DNA from: Nitrosopumilus sp.
GTDB taxonomy: Archaea > Thermoproteota > Nitrososphaeria > Nitrososphaerales > Nitrosopumilaceae
Assembly (NCBI GenBank): GCA_965214775.1
Contig: OZ243974.1
Coordinates: 1,152,001-1,216,000, forward strand
Length of the DNA: 64,000 nucleotides
Reading direction: 5' to 3'
Part shown: positions 58,617-64,000 of the stretch, piece after piece
How the letters are laid out: every line of letters starts with the position of its first letter
How positions within the stretch are numbered: position 1 is the stretch's first letter
Position numbers and translations under genes: made by a program
The notes under the pieces: model-generated
What the model saw: the letters and a program-made list of their open reading frames with translations, nothing else
Databases searched by the model: none
Told to the model about the DNA's origin: nothing

Positions 58617-59389
58617 CAGGCAAGATCAAAAAAGATTTCCATCGAAATTCTTTGACTAGGATGCCGATAATGGATCACCCCAGCAAATTCCAATCCTGCA
58701 ATGACTGCTCACAAATCTCTGATGCTCAGCCATGTCTGCAAGGCCATCTGATCATAATATGCTGCCCAGAAAAGTTGGCTTGTCAGTATAAAAAGGATCT
58801 GATGTTGTATCTATGTGTCGTGCTTATAAGGATTCCACGCGTAACGGTGTTGTGAAGTATGGCTTTGGCTGGGGGTCTCTTCCTGACAATCACAAAATGA
58901 AGGTCGGACACTTATCTATACGAGGATCTCCCTCAGTACCATTCTTCATCCATTTGTCAGAACCGTTCTGCAGTTACTATACGAGGATCTCCCTCAACTA
59001 CATCAACGCAGATTAAAGTTCTAACTGTAATGACAATAATAATGATGATGATGACGTTCATTTCACACGCATGTCCACTATGCACTGACTGAAGGCCATC
59101 TATTTCTTTAGCATACGAGGACTCCATGACGCACCTGGTGTTATCCGGAATCTTTGCAAACATCTCTCTTATCTCGCTGTTCCTGTTGCTTATTTTTGTA
59201 TTCCCCAGGACCTTGCCGTCCTTGTCCATCACCGCGACCTGGATGGACTCCTTGTGCACGTCCAGGCCGACATACTGCTGCTCCGCCTTTGATTTCACAC
59301 ATATCCTTTTTTTTGCGCTAATCTGTCTGTTTGCATTGCCTTTTATCTTGGTACCATCTGAATTTTGTTTTTGAGACACATATGGTTAC
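58617..59389 (-). mobile_element. Inverted copy of the deleted IS110 element at 14531-15470
   Basis: Near-identical sequence, lacking the 167-bp duplication. Confidence 0.85.
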
Positions 59390-59415
59390 ATCCGGTGAAT
59401 TATGAAACAACTCCT

Positions 59416-59602
59416 GTGCCTTGTCGTGACGCCTACTCCGGGGCCACCTCAGAGGGCTTTCGTCCCCCGACACACTGCGTCACTGCGTATCTGATTTGCT
59501 TTGCCTCTAGCCTTACAACCATCGGTTTTCTTGATCGGTAAAGCCTAAAGTAATCCTTTGCAATCTTCTTCAAATTAGTGCGACCTAATTTTCGTACAAT
59601 AG
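59416..59602 (-). pseudogene. IS481 left-end fragment
   Basis: Inverted match to 15476-15665. Confidence 0.8.
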
Positions 59603-59835
59603 ACGCCGTAACAATTTCGGATTATTTCTCCAAAATCCACGTGTTTGCGCGGCCTCCGTCGTCGCAGGATCCGCACGCCCATGCCTTCACTGCGGGTCAG
59701 GCTTGCGCATCTGCTCCCTGCAGACTTTGCACACAGAGAAGGGGTGGTGAGCAACTTTTCGGACAGCATACACAGCCTGACTGCCGCGGCGCACCCACGC
59801 ATCTCCTGCAAGGATGCCACCACCGGATCCGATGA

Positions 59836-60921
59836 TTACAACTGCAGGTGGGAGCGTTCTCCGAGCAGAAACCTGTGCGCACTGCCTGATCTTGCCGGCT
59901 CGACTACCGAGCCCTGCGCAATTATGCTCGAGTCAATCTCAATCCTCGAGTCAACGGTGCAGTCAGGCATCACAATAGAGTTTTTTATATCACAGTTTTT
60001 TATTCGGCAGTTGTCCCCAATCGAAACATCTGGCCCTATGCGTGCCGCAGGCCCTATGTGACAATTCCTTCCGACTATTACGGGCCCGGTGACAAGGGAG
60101 TCCCGAGAGACTGTGGTGCCCCTGCCAAGAACGATGCCATCGTTGACCGTAGCATCCGAATCGATCAAGAACTGGTTCTCCGTGCCGATCGAGCCCAAGA
60201 CCAGCTTGTTTGCATGTATGACATCCTCGGGGGTTCCGGTGTCCTTCCACCACCCCGTAACGGTGTCATACCCGATCTTTTGGCCCCTCCGCAGTGACAG
60301 ATCCAAGGCGTCGGTAATCTCCAGCTCCCCGCGCCAGGAAGGCCTGAGATCGTCGATCACGTCAAAAATTTTGGGCGACAGAAAATAGATCCCTATGACG
60401 GCAAGGTTGGAGGCGGGGCTTTTCGGCTTTTCGGTGATCTTTTTGATCATGCCTAGATGATGCTCTCCACCGTCTAGCTCCGCAATTCCAAACCGCCCCG
60501 GATCATCCACCTCGCAGAGAAGAACCATCGCGTCCAGCTGCTGCTCTGAGCCGGAGAATCTTCGGGCATAACCGTCAATGCTTTTCCTCAGGACGTTGTC
60601 TCCAAGATAGACGATAAACCGGTCATCTCCTACAAAGTCCCTGCACAGCCCTATTGCATGAGAGATTCCTGCGGGCCTGTCCTGGTGGATGTAGGTTATC
60701 CTGACTCCGAATTTCTGCCCGTCGCCATAGTACTCCTTGACCTTTCCGGGATAGGCATCCCCGGTGACTATTCCAATCTCGCTTACTCCGGCCTGCTTGA
60801 GGTCTTCTAGGGCATACTGGGACATCGGCTTGTTTGCAATGGGAAGCAGTTGCTTGGGACCCGTATGCGTCAGGGGCCTCAGCCTCGTCCCGTGGCCCCC
60901 GTGAAGAATGATCCCTTTCAT
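59836..60921 (-). CDS. rfbA: Glucose-1-phosphate thymidylyltransferase, long form with left-handed beta-helix
   Basis: GG.GTRLRPLT, PKQLLP, YLGDN, EKP, RGELEITD and WKDTG motifs; hexapeptide tail. Confidence 0.88.
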   Translation of the reverse strand: MKGIILHGGHGTRLRPLTHTGPKQLLPIANKPMSQYALEDLKQAGVSEIGIVTGDAYPGKVKEYYGDGQKFGVRITYIHQDRPAGISHAIGLCRDFVGDDRFIVYLGDNVLRKSIDGYARRFSGSEQQLDAMVLLCEVDDPGRFGIAELDGGEHHLGMIKKITEKPKSPASNLAVIGIYFLSPKIFDVIDDLRPSWRGELEITDALDLSLRRGQKIGYDTVTGWWKDTGTPEDVIHANKLVLGSIGTENQFLIDSDATVNDGIVLGRGTTVSRDSLVTGPVIVGRNCHIGPAARIGPDVSIGDNCRIKNCDIKNSIVMPDCTVDSRIEIDSSIIAQGSVVEPARSGSAHRFLLGERSHLQL

Positions 60922-60999
60922 CTCTTGTCTATGCGGCGGCCCCTCAATATAAAATCAGTCACACATGACGCAACGCGTGCGGGCGCAAAAGGCGGCCCC

Positions 61000-62019
61000 T
61001 CAGAGTATTTGCCCGTTCATCGAGACCGAGTCGTAGGTGGCCTTTGCCCCAAGAAGATGTTTGTACCACTCGACGGTTTTTGTCTGCATGGAATCCGTGG
61101 TCTTTCCGGACTTTAGTGCGGCATAGATCTCCTGGGTGCCATCGGCTACGGTCCATCTCGTTTTATATCCTAGCGTGTCACGGATCTTCTCAAAACTGAT
61201 CTTGTAGGAGCGCAGATCCGGATCCCCGTACCATTGTTTTTTAAAGGGGATCTTGATTGCTCTGGCCACCTCTTTGGCCAGCGGCAGTATCTGGTAATTT
61301 TGGGTGTCTGATCCCACGTTGAATATCTGGCCGCCGACCCTCTCCTTTGGCGATTTGATTACGGTTACATAGGCTTCGGCAACGTCTTTTACATGGATAA
61401 ACGGCCTCCATTGCATCCCATCCCGCATGATTGGAATTTGCCTGTTCTTGAAGAAGCCAAGCACCATCCCGTTTACTGCCAAGTCAAACCTCATCCTAGG
61501 AGACAGTCCAAAGACGGTGGCAAACCTCAGCATGGTTACCGTAAACTTCCTGTCGGCAAGCCTTTTGGCGGCAATCTCTGCCTTCCTGTTGGCCTTGGCA
61601 TAGGTGGTCAGCGGGTTGATTGGGGACTTTTCGTCCAGCTCCCCGTCACGGAAGCCATAGATGCTGCAGCTTGATGCCAAAACGTACCTGTCCACGCCCT
61701 GTTGCTTGGCCAGCTTTGCCACCCTTGCGCGCCCCCTAAAGTTGATATCCATCGTTCTCTTGGGATCCAGCTCCCCGCTGGGATCATTTGAGAGTGCGGC
61801 CAGATCCATAACTACATCGATGCCGTCGAGGATTTTCTTATCAAAGTATCTGGTGTCATCTTGCACAAGCCTTAGTTTCGGGTTTTTGGAGACCTGGTTT
61901 AGTTTGTCCTTGCCGAAATAGAACCTGTCAAGCACGGTCACACGGTATCCCTCCCCGAGTAGCCTGGGGACAAGCACGGTTCCGATATAGCCGCCTCCGC
62001 CAGTCACCAAAACCCGCAT
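61000..62019 (-). CDS. NAD-dependent nucleotide-sugar epimerase/dehydratase (extended SDR)
   Basis: TGGGGYIG, SSCSIYG and SPRMRFDL motifs. Confidence 0.9.
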   Translation of the reverse strand: MRVLVTGGGGYIGTVLVPRLLGEGYRVTVLDRFYFGKDKLNQVSKNPKLRLVQDDTRYFDKKILDGIDVVMDLAALSNDPSGELDPKRTMDINFRGRARVAKLAKQQGVDRYVLASSCSIYGFRDGELDEKSPINPLTTYAKANRKAEIAAKRLADRKFTVTMLRFATVFGLSPRMRFDLAVNGMVLGFFKNRQIPIMRDGMQWRPFIHVKDVAEAYVTVIKSPKERVGGQIFNVGSDTQNYQILPLAKEVARAIKIPFKKQWYGDPDLRSYKISFEKIRDTLGYKTRWTVADGTQEIYAALKSGKTTDSMQTKTVEWYKHLLGAKATYDSVSMNGQIL

Positions 62020-62235
62020 GATCCATAAAAAGGCAGTATGTATTTAATTGGTACGAGTTTACCCCTTAGCCGCCATTGCTGTCTGGAGCCTTTATGATCA
62101 CGCCTGCTGCGCCGTATATCGGAGAGGGGTAAACTCTTGCAATCAGTACATGCCGGAATCAGAACCGCCACGGTTATGTATTGTGGACCCCCCGGGATCC
62201 GTCACAATATTGTACCTTTTATGCGTTCCAGGAAC

Positions 62236-63513
62236 ATGGAGATCAAGATGAAGCTTACGATGGAGGAATTTGAAAGGGTGGAACAGGCGGCCCCGCTTGT
62301 CCTGTTCAACCAGGGGATCAAGGCGGAGATGACGCGCGAAAAGTACACCCGCACGCTACGCCAGGTGCTCTGCGGCATGCTAGAGGACATACTGGAGGGA
62401 GACCTTGAGGGACGCGCAGAGCAGCTGGTACAGCACGGCCGGGAGGATCCGGCATGGGTGCGCGACCTGCTGCTGAGCCTCTCGCGCAAGCTGCTCGAGC
62501 GGACCAGGCTTGCCCCCGACAATCCAGAGTATCTCAGACCGGTCTCGTTTGGCGGGTATTTCAAGCCGGTCAAGAAGCTGCTGGATATGAACGACGTCGT
62601 GATCCCGTGGAAGCGCATATACGCCACGTTTCCCGAAGAGACCGGCCTCCCGTCGTCCTCCCGCGGATGGACGCGTGCCGAGGTACAGAAGATGCTCAGG
62701 TTCTGCCGGGGGCCGCTTGAGCGGGCAATCATACTGGTGGCCGCAAGCTCCGGGATCAGGATAGGGGGTTTTGAGGAACTCGAGTGGAGGGATCTCGTCC
62801 CCGTGTACAGGATGCCGGACGGCACACTTGAGATGGGGGATGCAGCAGACGGCAGGGAGATGGACGGCGCAGGGAACCCGGCCTGCGCAAAGCTGCAGAT
62901 ATACCGCGGATCCGGCGAGAGCTATCCGGCCTTCATCACGCCGGAGGCGTATGCGGCGCTTGACGACTATCGTGCAGAGTGTGCCGACAGGATTGGACGA
63001 AAGCTGCTCCCCGGCGATCCCCTGTTTATCGGATCCGGCTGCCTCCCGAGAAGGCTGTCGGTAGTCATGATAAAAAAGCACATACTCGACGTGCTGACAA
63101 GGTCGGGTCTCCGCGGCAGGCCCGGCCCCGACGGCAGCAGAAGCAGCAAGACGCGCAGACACGACGTCCCGATGACCAACGGGTTCAGGCGGTTCTGGAA
63201 CAAGACGTGCAAGGAGGCCTCCTCCCGGGAATCCCCGCTGTCCAGCCTGATCAAAAAGGAGTACATGATGGGCCACTCCGGGCTGGTAAAGCTTGACCGC
63301 AACTACTTCAAGACCCACACGCTGGAGCTTGCCGAAGAGTACCTCCAGGTGGTGCCGGCCCTCACCCTGGATGACGCGGCAAGGCTGCGCATGGAAAACG
63401 ACCTGCAGGCGCAGAGGATAGCGAGTCTGGAGGACGAAAAGGGCGCAGAGATTGCCGACCTGCGCCTCATGGTAGAGCAGCTTGCAAAAAGGATAGGGCC
63501 AGACGTGAAATAG
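62236..63513 (+). CDS. Tyrosine recombinase/integrase
   Basis: SSGIRIG (catalytic R), NGFRRF, MMGH and NY motifs; C-terminal coiled coil. Confidence 0.85.
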   Translation: MEIKMKLTMEEFERVEQAAPLVLFNQGIKAEMTREKYTRTLRQVLCGMLEDILEGDLEGRAEQLVQHGREDPAWVRDLLLSLSRKLLERTRLAPDNPEYLRPVSFGGYFKPVKKLLDMNDVVIPWKRIYATFPEETGLPSSSRGWTRAEVQKMLRFCRGPLERAIILVAASSGIRIGGFEELEWRDLVPVYRMPDGTLEMGDAADGREMDGAGNPACAKLQIYRGSGESYPAFITPEAYAALDDYRAECADRIGRKLLPGDPLFIGSGCLPRRLSVVMIKKHILDVLTRSGLRGRPGPDGSRSSKTRRHDVPMTNGFRRFWNKTCKEASSRESPLSSLIKKEYMMGHSGLVKLDRNYFKTHTLELAEEYLQVVPALTLDDAARLRMENDLQAQRIASLEDEKGAEIADLRLMVEQLAKRIGPDVK

Positions 63514-64000
63514 GGCCCTTTTATGGTACCCGCGTCTTGTGTGCATGAACGGTAACAACAGGTGTCCTGTCTGCAAGGATGACCTAGACAGGCACACGGA
63601 CAGGGACCTGGCAACGTGCGCGTACCGCATGATCTCGGACTGACTGGCATCCATACATGCTGGCTCCCGTTTTTACTACACTTACTTTGCCCGTGCTCTG
63701 TATGAGGTATACGACTTTGATCGGCTGGTGGGCGTGTATGAAGGAGCCAATTTCTGCTGCAAGGCTTTGGGCGTGGCTGAAAACCAGGGCGGCCTGACCG
63801 GCCATCCTTCAGGCATTCTGTCTTGCCGCATAGTCTTGCCTGAAGTTTGAAATTTGGCAAAAAATCACCAGGATGATCAGCGGATCCCCGGCCAGGAGGG
63901 CCAAGGATCGTTGGTGGTGGGAGATTGCCCCTGGATGGCATTGCCTGCCGGGGTCTTGATGATCATGTCCTCACATTGCATCCTAGGGAGGGGGCAAGCT

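Noticed and set aside
62380-63941. Minus-strand ORFs 62380-63654 and 63303-63941
   Set aside because: They are antisense to the GC-rich integrase gene and have no recognisable motifs.
1-64000. tRNA or rRNA genes
   Set aside because: None was recognised by eye; tRNAscan-SE or Infernal would be needed to exclude them.

Overview
This window is an IS- and MITE-riddled cell-surface and glycan island. It probably comes from a host-associated thaumarchaeote (Nitrosopumilaceae-like); that is an inference from gene content, the integrase type and the IS load. It encodes two ~2030-aa secreted LVIVD-repeat proteins, a secreted S8 protease, a 2418-aa multi-domain glycosyltransferase, a Wzm/Wzt ABC exporter, GDP-heptose pathway genes (hddA, gmhA, a gmd-like dehydratase, gmhB), a sulfotransferase, a methyltransferase, a GT-C/LamG membrane protein, further GT2/GT4 and NDP-sugar enzymes, and a tyrosine recombinase. 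The most striking signal is a ~57-aa 'LLxIYxxRPDLxxA[YF]PExxxGDxxxLxxWA...Y/HxHxY' module. It forms C-terminal tandem arrays (8, 10 and 6 copies) on all three secreted proteins and occurs once inside the giant glycosyltransferase, next to a VNTR-encoded coiled coil. This suggests an undescribed system that anchors surface proteins to the exported glycan and sets chain length with a tunable ruler. Other highlights: the subtilase prodomain appears to be encoded in trans as a separate membrane-anchored gene; a palindromic element sits in frame inside proteins; an IS630 duplicates CG instead of TA; IS110 relics carry candidate bridge-RNA regions; and many MITE families have readable TIRs and TSDs.
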